Assembly: GCA_049115575.1 (NCBI GenBank)
Contig: JAGDZU010000004.1
Coordinates: 423,307-487,306, forward strand
Length of the DNA stretch: 64,000 nt
DNA from: Bacteroidia bacterium
GTDB taxonomy: Bacteria > Bacteroidota > Bacteroidia > NS11-12g > UBA9320
Direction: 5' to 3'
The translations under genes and the position numbers were made by a program. Shown one piece after another: positions 41,738 through 51,853 of the stretch (position 1 is its first letter; each line of letters starts with the position of its first letter). The notes under the pieces were generated by a model. It saw only the letters and a list, made by a program, of their open reading frames with translations, was not told the origin of the DNA and did no database searches.

Positions 41738-43223
41738 TAGGCGTTTTTATACCCTACTCTTAAGCTTTCTTATTCCTTTGTTTTTAATAGCTGATGTACA
41801 TTTCAGCTATACAACTGATTGCATCAAAGCTCAAAAAGCTTGCTATGAGCTTCGTTTGGATGATGCCCAGTCTCTTATAGAAAAAAGCAAGGCTGCAGAC
41901 CCTGACAACCTCAGCGTTTTACTTCTTGAACATTTACGAATAACCTTAAAGGCATTCGTAACCGAAGACGATGAATCTTATGCCGAATTAAAATCATTTC
42001 ATGCCAAAGCATACAAAACCATAGCCATAGCCCCTTCTCACCTTGCCCACCGCAAATTTGCTATGGCAGAACTGGATTTTCAGTTGGCGCTGATTAAAGG
42101 GAAGAAGAATGATTTTTATAGTGCGGCTAGGTTAATAAACAATGCACACAAACTTTTAAAATCCAATCACAAACAGCATCCGGATTTTGCATTAAATAAG
42201 AAGACACTCGGTCTAATCAATGCATACCTTTCCTCTGTTCCTAAGAATTATGATTGGGCTATGAAACTGCTTGGTTTTAAGGGAAACCTTGAACAAGGAC
42301 TTAGCTATTTAAAGGAGGTATCTGCCTTGGATGAGAATGCTACCTATGGCGTATATTCTACAGAAGGAGCATACCTCTATGCATTCACCTTGAGTCATGT
42401 TGCCAATAGAAAAGAAGAGGCTTGGATAAGCATTAAAGGGAATACCACGAACTACCGCACCAGCGGTTTGGCAACCTTCTTCAGAGCCAATCTAGCGGGT
42501 AGACTACATATGAATGAAGAGCAAATAGTTATTTTGGAAAATAGACCAAAAGGTAAGGCTTATCAGGCTTTTCCAATATTGGATTATATGTTAGGTGTTG
42601 CTCACTTAAACTCGCTTTCTCCATCTGCAATTGAACATTTAAAGGCTTTCTATAATCAAACCAAAGGCAAACACTACATCAAAGCATGTTTGCACAAAAT
42701 GTCTTGGTTCTACTTACTGTTTGATGAAAAAGAATTGGCCTTAGTATATAAATCACGCATTGAAAAGGAGGGCAGCGATTTAAATGAAGAAGATAAGCTT
42801 GCTATGCACTATGCTTCCAAGGTTCTCCCGCACAAAGCATTGTTAAAAGCAAGATTGCTCTTTGATGGTGGTTATTATAAACAAGCGCTTAATGCTATAA
42901 AGAACCTCAGCAGTGATGACTTTAGCACAAATGACTTAAAAGCGGAATACTCCTATCGTAAAGGTAGAATTTTTCAAATGCTTGGGAATGACCATGTTGC
43001 TTCTTTGTTTTTTATAGCAAGTACTAAGTTTGGTGTACAAAGCGAAGAGTATTATGCAGCTTACGCCTGTCTTCAACTAGGTTCATACTATTTGTCTATT
43101 GGAGACAAGTCAAATGCAGAGCTATACTATAAAAAGGCCAATAGCTACAAAAACAATAAAGAATTTAAAGATTCCATTGAGCAACAATCCATTGCCGGTT
43201 TATCTGCTTGTAAAGCTTTGTAG
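41637..43223 (+). CDS. hypothetical helical-repeat (TPR-like) protein with N-terminal anchor; start uncertain
   Basis: Long ORF. The hydrophobic segment FYTLLLSFLIPLFLIA lies just after the stop of the upstream gene. The only ATG/TTG starts fall inside that upstream gene. Confidence 0.5.
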   Translation: MVVSTSMRVWQVLKKRLKKKSQKLVEELLERKANRRFYTLLLSFLIPLFLIADVHFSYTTDCIKAQKACYELRLDDAQSLIEKSKAADPDNLSVLLLEHLRITLKAFVTEDDESYAELKSFHAKAYKTIAIAPSHLAHRKFAMAELDFQLALIKGKKNDFYSAARLINNAHKLLKSNHKQHPDFALNKKTLGLINAYLSSVPKNYDWAMKLLGFKGNLEQGLSYLKEVSALDENATYGVYSTEGAYLYAFTLSHVANRKEEAWISIKGNTTNYRTSGLATFFRANLAGRLHMNEEQIVILENRPKGKAYQAFPILDYMLGVAHLNSLSPSAIEHLKAFYNQTKGKHYIKACLHKMSWFYLLFDEKELALVYKSRIEKEGSDLNEEDKLAMHYASKVLPHKALLKARLLFDGGYYKQALNAIKNLSSDDFSTNDLKAEYSYRKGRIFQMLGNDHVASLFFIASTKFGVQSEEYYAAYACLQLGSYYLSIGDKSNAELYYKKANSYKNNKEFKDSIEQQSIAGLSACKAL

Positions 43224-43278
43224 CTGCTTTATACTGCATTAAAAAGGAATTGCTGTATTATCTTCGCGGCCTTATAAA

Positions 43279-44805
43279 ATGAACCCTACAGACATTCGAG
43301 TACGCTTTGCACCTAGCCCTACTGGCCCATTGCACATTGGAGGAGTTAGAACTGCTTTGTTCAACTACCTATTCGCCAAAAAACACGGTGGAACATTCAT
43401 CTTAAGGATAGAAGATACAGATCAGAAAAGATTTGTTCCAGGTGCAGAAGAATATATAGTTGAAAGCCTAAACTGGTTAGGGATTCCCTTTGATGAGGGA
43501 GTGGGAAAAGAAGGCGAATATGGACCTTATAGACAAAGTGAACGCAAAGACATGTATGCGCAGTATGCCATGCAATTGGTGGAGAGCGGACATGCCTATT
43601 ACACATTCGATACTCATGAGGAGAAAGAAGCGATGACAGCTAGACTGCAGGCTGCTAAAATGCCTCCTAAGTATGATGTCTCTAGCAGAATGAGCATGAA
43701 GAATTCACTTACGCTGAGTGAAGATGAAGTGAAACTCAGATTGGAAAGAGGTGATGAGTATGTGATTAGATACAAATTCGAGAGGAACGAGGAAATAAGA
43801 TTTCACGACCTTATTAGAGGTTGGGTAGTATTCAACAGCAATCAATTAGATGACAAAGTCCTTTTGAAAAGCGATGGCATGCCTACCTATCACCTAGCTA
43901 ATATCGTGGATGATCATTTCATGAAAATCAGTCATGTAATTCGAGGTGAAGAATGGTTACCGTCTGCTCCTCTGCATGTTAAGCTTTATGAAAGTCTAGG
44001 TTGGGACAGACCTGAATTTGCTCACCTTTCGCTCATACTTAAACCCGATGGTAAAGGAAAACTCAGTAAAAGAGATGGCGATCGTCTTGGATTTCCTGTT
44101 TTCCCTATCAATTGGATTGATCCAAAAACCCAAGAAATGTCTTCTGGCTATCGCGAATCAGGATATATCCCCGAAGCCGTGGTGAATATGCTCGCATTTT
44201 TAGGTTGGCATCCATCAGACCATAAAGAACTATTCAGTTTAGAAGAGCTTGTAGCGGCATTCAGTTTAGAGCGAGTATCTAAGAGTGGCGCCAAATTTGA
44301 CCAGGATAAAGCCAAATGGTTTAATCACCAATTTCTTATGCGAACTTCTAACGAAGAATTGCTATCCATATTAAAGCCCGATTTAGAAGACAAACATTTA
44401 TCTAAAGGAGAGTCCTATTTGATGTCTGTGATCAATATGATTAAAGAAAAAGTTTCTTTCACTCACGAAATACTGAGCAATGCGAATTTCTTTTTTGAAG
44501 TCCCAGCTAGCTACGACGAAAAAGTGCAACGAAAGAAATGGAGAGGAGATACCCCTTCTTTACTTCAGGGATATGCCAATGAGTTGATTGCTGAAAACGC
44601 TTCTTCTGCAGAAGAATTTGAAACTGTTTTGGAATCATATGCAAGTGCGAAAGAAATTGGCAAGGGAATGTTAATGCAACCTTTGAGATGGGCAGTGAGT
44701 GGGCAAGCTGGTGGCCCTCCTCTATTTGATGTGTTGTCATTAATTGGAGCAGCCGAAGTCAAAAACAGAATAGATTTAGCAGTTACGAACTTCCCTGCGA
44801 CTTAA
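43279..44805 (+). CDS. gltX: glutamate--tRNA ligase
   Basis: RFAPSPTGPLHIGGVRTALFN (HIGH) and KLSKR (KMSKS). Confidence 0.95.
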   Translation: MNPTDIRVRFAPSPTGPLHIGGVRTALFNYLFAKKHGGTFILRIEDTDQKRFVPGAEEYIVESLNWLGIPFDEGVGKEGEYGPYRQSERKDMYAQYAMQLVESGHAYYTFDTHEEKEAMTARLQAAKMPPKYDVSSRMSMKNSLTLSEDEVKLRLERGDEYVIRYKFERNEEIRFHDLIRGWVVFNSNQLDDKVLLKSDGMPTYHLANIVDDHFMKISHVIRGEEWLPSAPLHVKLYESLGWDRPEFAHLSLILKPDGKGKLSKRDGDRLGFPVFPINWIDPKTQEMSSGYRESGYIPEAVVNMLAFLGWHPSDHKELFSLEELVAAFSLERVSKSGAKFDQDKAKWFNHQFLMRTSNEELLSILKPDLEDKHLSKGESYLMSVINMIKEKVSFTHEILSNANFFFEVPASYDEKVQRKKWRGDTPSLLQGYANELIAENASSAEEFETVLESYASAKEIGKGMLMQPLRWAVSGQAGGPPLFDVLSLIGAAEVKNRIDLAVTNFPAT

Positions 44806-45544
44806 AAATCTCAAGATTTTTACACGCTAGTTCGCTAGCCAATTGTTCAGCAACCTTTTTAGATTTTCCTTGTGCTTTCGCCAATTCCTCACCATCTATA
44901 ATCACACCTATGGTGTACATTCTAGAATGGTTCTTTCCAGTTTCGTCTAGCACCTTAAATTCCAATGTTTTTCTTTGGCGCTGAGCCCATTGATTCAAAA
45001 TACTTTTAAAGTTGTCTGTATAATCTTTCAAATGGTCCAAGTCTACATAGGGATTCAATACTCTCTTCTCGATGAATCGCCTGGTATAGAAATATCCCCT
45101 ATCAAGATAAACGGCACCAATCAAGGCTTCCAGCGCATTTCCAGATATTCCTCGAATAGCCATTTTATTCTTTTTAACACTAGTATCCAAAGTCAGGTAT
45201 TGATGGATTCCCATTTTATAAGCAATCTCAGATAGCTTCTTTCTGCTTACTAATTTAGACCTCATTTCTGTTAGAAAACCCTCACCCTTGAAAGGATATT
45301 TCTTAAATAACAATTCAGCAATCACCAGACCCAAAACCGCATCCCCTAAATACTCCAATCGTTCATTACTGATTTTTGTATTCAGGCCTTTGAACTTTTC
45401 CGCAGTGGAATTATGTATAAATGCTTGCTTATAGAGGTGAATGTTCTTTGGGAAAAATCCGAGTAGGCGGAAAATATTCCGATAGAACTTTTTGTGATCT
45501 GAAAAGTTGAGGTAATAAAATCGCTTGAATGTGCGGCTAAACAT
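44783..45544 (-). CDS. rnc: ribonuclease III
   Basis: NERLEYLGDAVLG signature and a C-terminal dsRBD. Confidence 0.9.
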   Translation of the reverse strand: MFSRTFKRFYYLNFSDHKKFYRNIFRLLGFFPKNIHLYKQAFIHNSTAEKFKGLNTKISNERLEYLGDAVLGLVIAELLFKKYPFKGEGFLTEMRSKLVSRKKLSEIAYKMGIHQYLTLDTSVKKNKMAIRGISGNALEALIGAVYLDRGYFYTRRFIEKRVLNPYVDLDHLKDYTDNFKSILNQWAQRQRKTLEFKVLDETGKNHSRMYTIGVIIDGEELAKAQGKSKKVAEQLASELACKNLEIFKSQGSS

Positions 45545-46794
45545 TAATCACACTTACCCATGATCACGGAGACATTATGACCTCCAAAACCGAAGGTATT
45601 GCTCAGTGCCACATTGACTTCTTTATGTTGAGCTTTATTAAAAGTAAAATCCAATTTAGGATCAAAGCTCTCATCATCTGTAAAGTGATTTATAGTCGGG
45701 GCTATCACCCCTTTATTAATAGCCATAAGACAAGCTAAAGCTTCTACAGCTCCCGCTGCACCAAGTAGATGGCCTGTCATTGACTTAGTTGAACTGATAT
45801 TCAAATCATAAGCGTGCTCTCCAAAAACACTTAGTATTGCTTTGGATTCACTTATATCTCCAAGTGGAGTTGAAGTACCATGAACATTGATGTAGTCTAC
45901 TTTCTCGGGTGCAATTCCCGCATCCCTTAAAGCAAACTTCATTACGTTGGTTGCTCCCAATCCTTCTGGATGTGGGGCAGTAATATGGTGAGCGTCTGCT
46001 GTTAGACCTCCACCAAGTATTTCTCCGTAGATTTTTGCGCCTCTTGCTTTTGCATGCTCGTATTCTTCTAATACTAGAGAAGCAGCTCCTTCTCCAAGTA
46101 CAAAGCCATCTCTGTCTTTGTCAAATGGTCTCGATGCTGTTTCAGGAGAATCATTGCGTTCAGACAATGCCTTCATGCTGTTAAATCCACCAATTGCCGC
46201 TTCTGCAACACAGGCTTCCGATCCTCCAGTTACTATGGCCTTAGCCATTCCTAAACGGATGTAATTAAAAGAATCAACTATGGCATTGTTTGAAGATGCA
46301 CAGGCAGAAACAGTAGCAAAATTTGGACCTCTGAAACCGTACTTTATAGATATAAATCCAGGTGCGATATCACAGATCATCTTAGGAATAAAGAAAGGAT
46401 TAAACCTAGGAGTTCCGTCTCCCATGGCATAATCCTTTACTTCTTTAGTTAATGCATTCAATCCTCCTATTCCAGAACCCCAAATAACTCCTACTTCTTC
46501 AGGAGCTAGAGAGGTTTCATGAATACCGGAGTCTTGGACAGCTTCATCAGCAACCACCATGGCATACTGAGTAAACTCATCCATTTTACGAGCTTCCTTA
46601 CGGTCAATGAAATCTCTTACATCAAAATTCTTTACCTCGCATGCAAACTTGGTTTTGAATTTCTCTGTATCGAATCTCGTTATTGGCGCTGCCCCACTTC
46701 TTCCACTAGCAAGACCATCCCAGTATTCTGGAGCGGTATTACCCAGTGGTGTTAAGGCACCAATACCCGTTACGACTACTCGTTTGAATTGCAT
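45544..46794 (-). CDS. fabF: beta-ketoacyl-ACP synthase II
   Basis: SACASS active-site Cys, HGTSTPLGD, and GHLLGAAG. Confidence 0.95.
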   Translation of the reverse strand: MQFKRVVVTGIGALTPLGNTAPEYWDGLASGRSGAAPITRFDTEKFKTKFACEVKNFDVRDFIDRKEARKMDEFTQYAMVVADEAVQDSGIHETSLAPEEVGVIWGSGIGGLNALTKEVKDYAMGDGTPRFNPFFIPKMICDIAPGFISIKYGFRGPNFATVSACASSNNAIVDSFNYIRLGMAKAIVTGGSEACVAEAAIGGFNSMKALSERNDSPETASRPFDKDRDGFVLGEGAASLVLEEYEHAKARGAKIYGEILGGGLTADAHHITAPHPEGLGATNVMKFALRDAGIAPEKVDYINVHGTSTPLGDISESKAILSVFGEHAYDLNISSTKSMTGHLLGAAGAVEALACLMAINKGVIAPTINHFTDDESFDPKLDFTFNKAQHKEVNVALSNTFGFGGHNVSVIMGKCD

Positions 46795-46810
46795 TCTGCA
46801 GTTCTTTTAT

Positions 46811-47044
46811 TTAAACGTTTTCGCTTATGTAGCTAACCGCTTCACCAACAGTCCCGATTTTCTCGGCTTGTTCATCAGGGATAGCAATGTTGAATTCCTT
46901 CTCAAATTCCATGATCAATTCTACAGTATCAAGAGAATCTGCTCCTAGATCATTAGTGAAGCTGGCTTCAGTAGTCACTTCAGACTCTTCAACCCCTAGT
47001 TTGTCAACGATAATTGATTTAACTTTTTCAGCTATTTCAGACAT
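46811..47044 (-). CDS. acpP: acyl carrier protein
   Basis: [14 protein letters not shown] phosphopantetheine-site motif. Confidence 0.95.
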   Translation of the reverse strand: MSEIAEKVKSIIVDKLGVEESEVTTEASFTNDLGADSLDTVELIMEFEKEFNIAIPDEQAEKIGTVGEAVSYISENV

Positions 47045-47124
47045 GTTATATTTTATTTGTTAATGGGTGCAAAGAACAATTTTTTAAATATAATAGACAA
47101 AATTTATTTGCGAATGATTTAAAC

Positions 47125-47541
47125 ATGGTGGAATTGTTTCTAAGTAGCGAAGAGATTGAGATTGAATGCCCTGATGTATATGGGATTGCAAGCTCTTTGC
47201 GCGCCTATAAATTAGCGTGGTCTTTAAACCAATTACCCTATTTTTCTGTACGGAAAGAAGAAGACATTCAGAACTATGTAAATCAGGGTTATCATTTAAA
47301 CTATGAAATCCAAGATCTAGACAATGATACCTTATTGTGTTTGGTTAAAAACAAAGGTACAGAAGGTTATTTCTATAGGAAATACAAGGAATTCGACTTT
47401 TTGCTTTTTAGTATTGCGCCTGAATTGCAAATTCATAATGAAAGCATTACACTTATAAGAAAACTTAAGGACATAAGTTTGTGTTTAGCTTTAGATCCGG
47501 TAAACAAACCGGACGATATGAATTTTGCAACATTATTATGA
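47125..47541 (+). CDS. IPExxxVDY family protein
   Basis: 138 aa. N-terminal EIECPDVYGIASSLRAYKLAWSLNQ resembles the family signature. Conserved position upstream of pyk, divergent from acpP. Confidence 0.6.
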   Translation: MVELFLSSEEIEIECPDVYGIASSLRAYKLAWSLNQLPYFSVRKEEDIQNYVNQGYHLNYEIQDLDNDTLLCLVKNKGTEGYFYRKYKEFDFLLFSIAPELQIHNESITLIRKLKDISLCLALDPVNKPDDMNFATLL

Positions 47542-48974
47542 AGCAAGCAAGACCTAAATTCAATAAAACAAAACTAGTTGCAACTCTTGGCCCTGCAACC
47601 TCAACGAGAGAAGTAATCCAGAAACTTATACTTGCTGGAGTTGATGTATTCCGAATCAACTTCTCGCACGGTGATTTAGAGTCGCATTTACATGTTGTTA
47701 AACTGATTAGAGCTCTGAACAGTGATATGGGTACCAATGTTGCCATACTTGGGGATCTTCAAGGGCCCAAAATGAGGATAGGTAACCTTCCGGAAAAAAG
47801 CCTAGAGTTGGAACAAGGCACCGAAGTAGTGCTTACTACAAGTAGCGACATGGCAGACAAAGCCATTCATGTGAAATTCCCTTCACTTGCTCGCGATATT
47901 AAAGTGGGTGAGAAAGTGTTGTTAGATGATGGTAAGCTCGAATTGGAATTTACGGAAATTATTGACCCTGAGCATGTGAGAGCGAAAGTGATTACAGGCG
48001 GGACACTTCTATCCAAAAAAGGATTCAATCTACCTTCCACTAATCTGAGTGTCGAGAGTATTACCAAAAAAGACCGCAGAGATCTTGACTTTGCCATTGA
48101 GCACAAATTTGATTGGGTAGCTCTCTCTTTTGTTCGAGAACCTTCAGATATAATTCAGTTGCGAGAAATATTGAGTGAGCACGAAAGTGCAATCAACATC
48201 ATTGCCAAAATTGAAAAGCCACAAGCTGTAGAGAACATAGATGCGATTATAGATGTAACTGATGGTATCATGGTTGCCAGGGGTGATTTAGGTGTTGAAC
48301 TTCCAATGGAAGAAGTTCCTATGATTCAGAAGAAGGCGGTACTCAAGTGTAATAGAGCCGGCAAGCCTGTAATCATCGCCACTCAAATGATGGAGTCCAT
48401 GATTGAAAGCCCTACCCCAACAAGAGCAGAGGCAAATGATGTGGCAAACGCCGTGATGGATGGCGCGGATGCGGTGATGCTCAGCGCAGAAACAGCCATT
48501 GGACAATACCCCGTTAAGGCAGTAGAGGCCGTTGAGAGAATACTGAGAAGTACGGAAGATGGTTGGAATATTTACAATAAAGCCCAGATTCCCATGCCTG
48601 ATTCTGAAACATTTCTATCAGACGAAATCTGCTATACGGCAGTAACATTGGGAGACACTATTAATGCAAAGGCGATTATTTCCATGACTCAAACAGGATA
48701 TACCGCCTATAAAATTGCTTCTTGTAGACCAAATTGCCATGTTTTCATCTTTACCTCCAACAAACAATTATTAACTCAACTCAGTTTAGTATGGAACGTG
48801 AAGGTCTATTATTATGATAAAAGGACCAATACGGATGATACTGTAAAAGGTGTAATTGAGACATTAAAGGAACTAAATTGGCTCAAGAAAGACGATATTG
48901 TAATTAATACGGCAGCTATGCCAGCTCAAGAAAAGAGAAAAACCAACACATTAAAAATCACCAAGGTGAGATAA
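47538..48974 (+). CDS. pyk: pyruvate kinase
   Basis: Start moved to MKQARPKFNKTKLVATLGPA (ATGA overlap with the upstream gene). Contains MVARGDLGVE. Confidence 0.95.
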   Translation: MKQARPKFNKTKLVATLGPATSTREVIQKLILAGVDVFRINFSHGDLESHLHVVKLIRALNSDMGTNVAILGDLQGPKMRIGNLPEKSLELEQGTEVVLTTSSDMADKAIHVKFPSLARDIKVGEKVLLDDGKLELEFTEIIDPEHVRAKVITGGTLLSKKGFNLPSTNLSVESITKKDRRDLDFAIEHKFDWVALSFVREPSDIIQLREILSEHESAINIIAKIEKPQAVENIDAIIDVTDGIMVARGDLGVELPMEEVPMIQKKAVLKCNRAGKPVIIATQMMESMIESPTPTRAEANDVANAVMDGADAVMLSAETAIGQYPVKAVEAVERILRSTEDGWNIYNKAQIPMPDSETFLSDEICYTAVTLGDTINAKAIISMTQTGYTAYKIASCRPNCHVFIFTSNKQLLTQLSLVWNVKVYYYDKRTNTDDTVKGVIETLKELNWLKKDDIVINTAAMPAQEKRKTNTLKITKVR

Positions 48975-49486
48975 TGGAAGAAAAAGGAATCATCAATAAA
49001 GTTGCCAATAGTGGCATTATCACCATAGACCTGGAAGATATAATTCCAGATAAAAAAGTGAGTCTTATTGATATTCAAGATCAACTATTTCAAGGCTTAA
49101 TACTAAGAGAAAAAGATTTTAGAACTTTTATTTCTGAGCATGATTGGTCACAATACCAAGACCATAGAGTGGCTGTTTTCTGTTCAACAGATGCCATAAT
49201 CCCTACATGGGCCTATATGCTATTAACTAAAGCCTTGGAGCCACATACCACCGAGATTTACTTCTGCAAACAAGAGAGCCTTGATCATTTGGTGGCTGAA
49301 AGGGCTATTGCAGAATTAGATGCATCGTCATATGCAGATGCAAGAGTGGTTATTAAAGGATGCGGTGAGCGCCAAATAAGTAATCACGCTTTTGTTTCGC
49401 TGAGCACTAAGCTCATGCCATATGTTAAGAGTCTAATGTTTGGAGAACCTTGTTCTACGGTTCCTATCTACAAGAAAAAAGTCTAG
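48974..49486 (+). CDS. DUF2480 family protein
   Basis: 170 aa with INKVANSGIITIDLED...LILREKDFR...HDWSQY...IPTWAYMLL. Confidence 0.7.
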   Translation: MEEKGIINKVANSGIITIDLEDIIPDKKVSLIDIQDQLFQGLILREKDFRTFISEHDWSQYQDHRVAVFCSTDAIIPTWAYMLLTKALEPHTTEIYFCKQESLDHLVAERAIAELDASSYADARVVIKGCGERQISNHAFVSLSTKLMPYVKSLMFGEPCSTVPIYKKKV

Positions 49487-50058
49487 TCGATGTTCTCAAG
49501 AGCGTCGAACTCCATATTTCTTTCTCCGTCTACATATTGAGTAACAAAAGCATCTTCTATGCCTAATGCCTTTATATCACTAGCAAACTGCAAAGCGTCC
49601 ATTACATCCTCAAAGTATCCAATAACATAGCGCTTAGCCCCGTCTACTTCTTCGGCTTTCACTACTTTCAACTTATTGTTGAATGATACTAGATCCAATT
49701 GTTGGTAGTATCCCATTTGCACTTGATAGACCGTTCCTTCTGGCAAATCAGTAGTGGGCATACTGGCCAATAGGTTCTGATATTTTAGCTCCAACTGCTG
49801 AAGACTAATCAGCATTTCTTCATTCTGACGTTCTGCAGCATCTAGTTTGGCCTGCAAACTTTCAATTTCAGCTTCTAATGCAGCTATTTCATTCTCATGA
49901 CGAGCTAACATTGCGACCCATTTTTCTGGATTTTTCTTATAGGTTTTAATTTCTTTCTTAAGCGCTTTTCGCTCTTGCTTAGTAAGAGTTTGAGCAGATA
50001 AGCTTCCCATAAAAATCATCAAAGTAAAAAGAAGTAGATATCGCATAGTATTTTTCAT
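49483..50058 (-). CDS. hypothetical secreted coiled-coil protein
   Basis: 191 aa with a signal peptide, a central heptad-rich region, and a C-terminal alpha/beta module of unknown family. Confidence 0.5.
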   Translation of the reverse strand: MKNTMRYLLLFTLMIFMGSLSAQTLTKQERKALKKEIKTYKKNPEKWVAMLARHENEIAALEAEIESLQAKLDAAERQNEEMLISLQQLELKYQNLLASMPTTDLPEGTVYQVQMGYYQQLDLVSFNNKLKVVKAEEVDGAKRYVIGYFEDVMDALQFASDIKALGIEDAFVTQYVDGERNMEFDALENID

Positions 50059-50151
50059 TAATTCTAAATTTTGAACAAAACTAAGAATTGAAGAGGGTGA
50101 GTGAACGCAGACTAATGTTAATAACTAACTTTGCCACCTGTTTTTTATACA

Positions 50152-51555
50152 ATGGACTCAAGAATTGAAAGAGACAGTCTTGGTGAGGTAAAAGTACCTG
50201 CCGGACAATATTGGGGAGCTCAAACCCAAAGATCATTACAGAATTTCAAAATTGGTAATCAAAGAATGCCAATTGAAATTATACGTGCGTTTGGAGTACT
50301 AAAAAAATGCGCTGCTCAAACTAACCATGAATTAGGGGTACTTTCAGAAGAAAAAATGAAGCTCATCTCTGAAACTTGTGATGAGATTATTGCTGGAAAG
50401 TTAGACAGTGAATTTCCTTTGGTTATCTGGCAAACGGGGAGTGGAACTCAAAGCAATATGAATGTTAATGAGGTAATTGCTAACCGAGCTCATGTTATAA
50501 ATGGAGGCAAGCTAACCGACGAAAACAAAGTACTTCATCCCAACGATGATGTAAATAAGTCTCAAAGTAGCAACGACACCTTCCCAACTGCGATGACCAT
50601 AGCAGTCTATAAGCAAATGGTGGACTTTGCTATTCCAGGTCTTCAAGTCTTAAAAGACACGTTCAAAAAGAAAGCTAGAGAGTTTAAAGATATTGTAAAG
50701 ATTGGCAGAACTCATTTCATGGATGCAACACCTATTACTTTAGGTCAGGAATTCTCAGGATACAGGAGACAGTTGGAGTTGAGTATTAGTGCCATAGAAA
50801 CGGCCATGTATACCGCCACAGAACTCGCTTTGGGAGGTACAGCTGTTGGAACAGGCTTAAATACTCCAGAAGGTTATGCAGAATTAGTAGCTCAAAAGAT
50901 TTCAGACGAAATGGAAATGCCATTCCGCACAGCTGAAAACAAATTCGAAGCCTTAGCGGCACATGATGCCATGGTTGAATTGCACGGTTCTTTAAAACGA
51001 GCTGCTGTAAGTCTTATGAAAATTGGCAATGATATTAGAATGCTGAGTTCAGGACCTAGAAGTGGCATTGGTGAAATTATCATTCCTTCTAATGAACCTG
51101 GCTCTTCAATTATGCCTGGCAAAGTGAATCCTACCCAAGCAGAAGCTCTGACCATGGTTTGCGCACAAGTGATGGGTAACGATGTTGCTGTAAGTGTAGG
51201 GGGCAGTAACGGCCACTTTGAATTGAACGTATTTAAACCAATGATTGCTGCTAACCTTTTACAATCTGCCAGAATACTAGGACAAGCGTGTTTGTCTTTT
51301 AACAACAATTGTGTATCTGGGATAGAAGCAAATCATGTGGAAATTGAGAACAAGCTTAACAATTCACTCATGCTTGTTACCGCTTTGAATACACATATTG
51401 GCTATGATAATGCAGCTAAAATTGCCAAGAAAGCCTATGCGGACAATAGTAGCCTTAAAGAGGCAGCTTTGGCCTTAGAATTACTGACCGCCGAACAGTT
51501 TGACGAATGGGTTAAACCCGAAAATATGGTGGGAGATAAAGAGCTAGGGTTTTAA
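50152..51555 (+). CDS. fumC: class II fumarate hydratase
   Basis: Start moved to [13 protein letters not shown]. Signature [13 protein letters not shown]. Confidence 0.95.
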   Translation: MDSRIERDSLGEVKVPAGQYWGAQTQRSLQNFKIGNQRMPIEIIRAFGVLKKCAAQTNHELGVLSEEKMKLISETCDEIIAGKLDSEFPLVIWQTGSGTQSNMNVNEVIANRAHVINGGKLTDENKVLHPNDDVNKSQSSNDTFPTAMTIAVYKQMVDFAIPGLQVLKDTFKKKAREFKDIVKIGRTHFMDATPITLGQEFSGYRRQLELSISAIETAMYTATELALGGTAVGTGLNTPEGYAELVAQKISDEMEMPFRTAENKFEALAAHDAMVELHGSLKRAAVSLMKIGNDIRMLSSGPRSGIGEIIIPSNEPGSSIMPGKVNPTQAEALTMVCAQVMGNDVAVSVGGSNGHFELNVFKPMIAANLLQSARILGQACLSFNNNCVSGIEANHVEIENKLNNSLMLVTALNTHIGYDNAAKIAKKAYADNSSLKEAALALELLTAEQFDEWVKPENMVGDKELGF

Positions 51556-51559
51556 TGTT

Positions 51560-51579
51560 TAGTTGATAATGGTTAATTA
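51560..51579 (-). repeat. 20-nt intergenic motif (reverse complement TAATTAACCATTATCAACTA)
   Basis: 18/20 identical to 36258-36277. It starts 5 nt after the fumC stop. Confidence 0.7.
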
Positions 51580-51710
51580 TTAATTGGTTTTGATAAATGA
51601 AGACGCTTGTGTTGTATCTCAGCATCTTCAACAAATTCAAACCTAGATTAATTTCTGATTTGTATTGAAATAGTAAATTCCCCTTGGGGATATGGGGAAC
51701 CTATGTTAAC

Positions 51711-51738
51711 GGTTAGTTATTAATGGTTAGTTATTAAT
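51711..51738 (-). repeat. tandem 14-nt units GGTTAGTTATTAAT x2 containing the intergenic motif core
   Basis: The reverse complement of 51714-51729 is TAACCATTAATAACTA, identical to 36262-36277. Confidence 0.7.
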
Positions 51739-51785
51739 TTGTATTGATCCTGCTCCTCTCAAAGAGATTCAGGCTCCAATTCTGG

Positions 51786-51806
51786 TTGACTGTTGACTGT
51801 TGACTG
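51786..51806 (+). repeat. perfect heptamer repeat (TTGACTG)x3
   Basis: Read directly: TTGACTGTTGACTGTTGACTG. Confidence 0.9.
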
Positions 51807-51853
51807 CCTTCAATAAGTTTGAATTAAACTGTATCCTTTTGCTATCTGAGGCG

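Noticed and set aside
51597-51668. 23-aa ORF MKTLVLYLSIFNKFKPRLISDLY in the fumC-porin spacer
   Set aside because: It has no promoter box, no conservation evidence and no paralogue, so it is indistinguishable from chance in AT-rich DNA.
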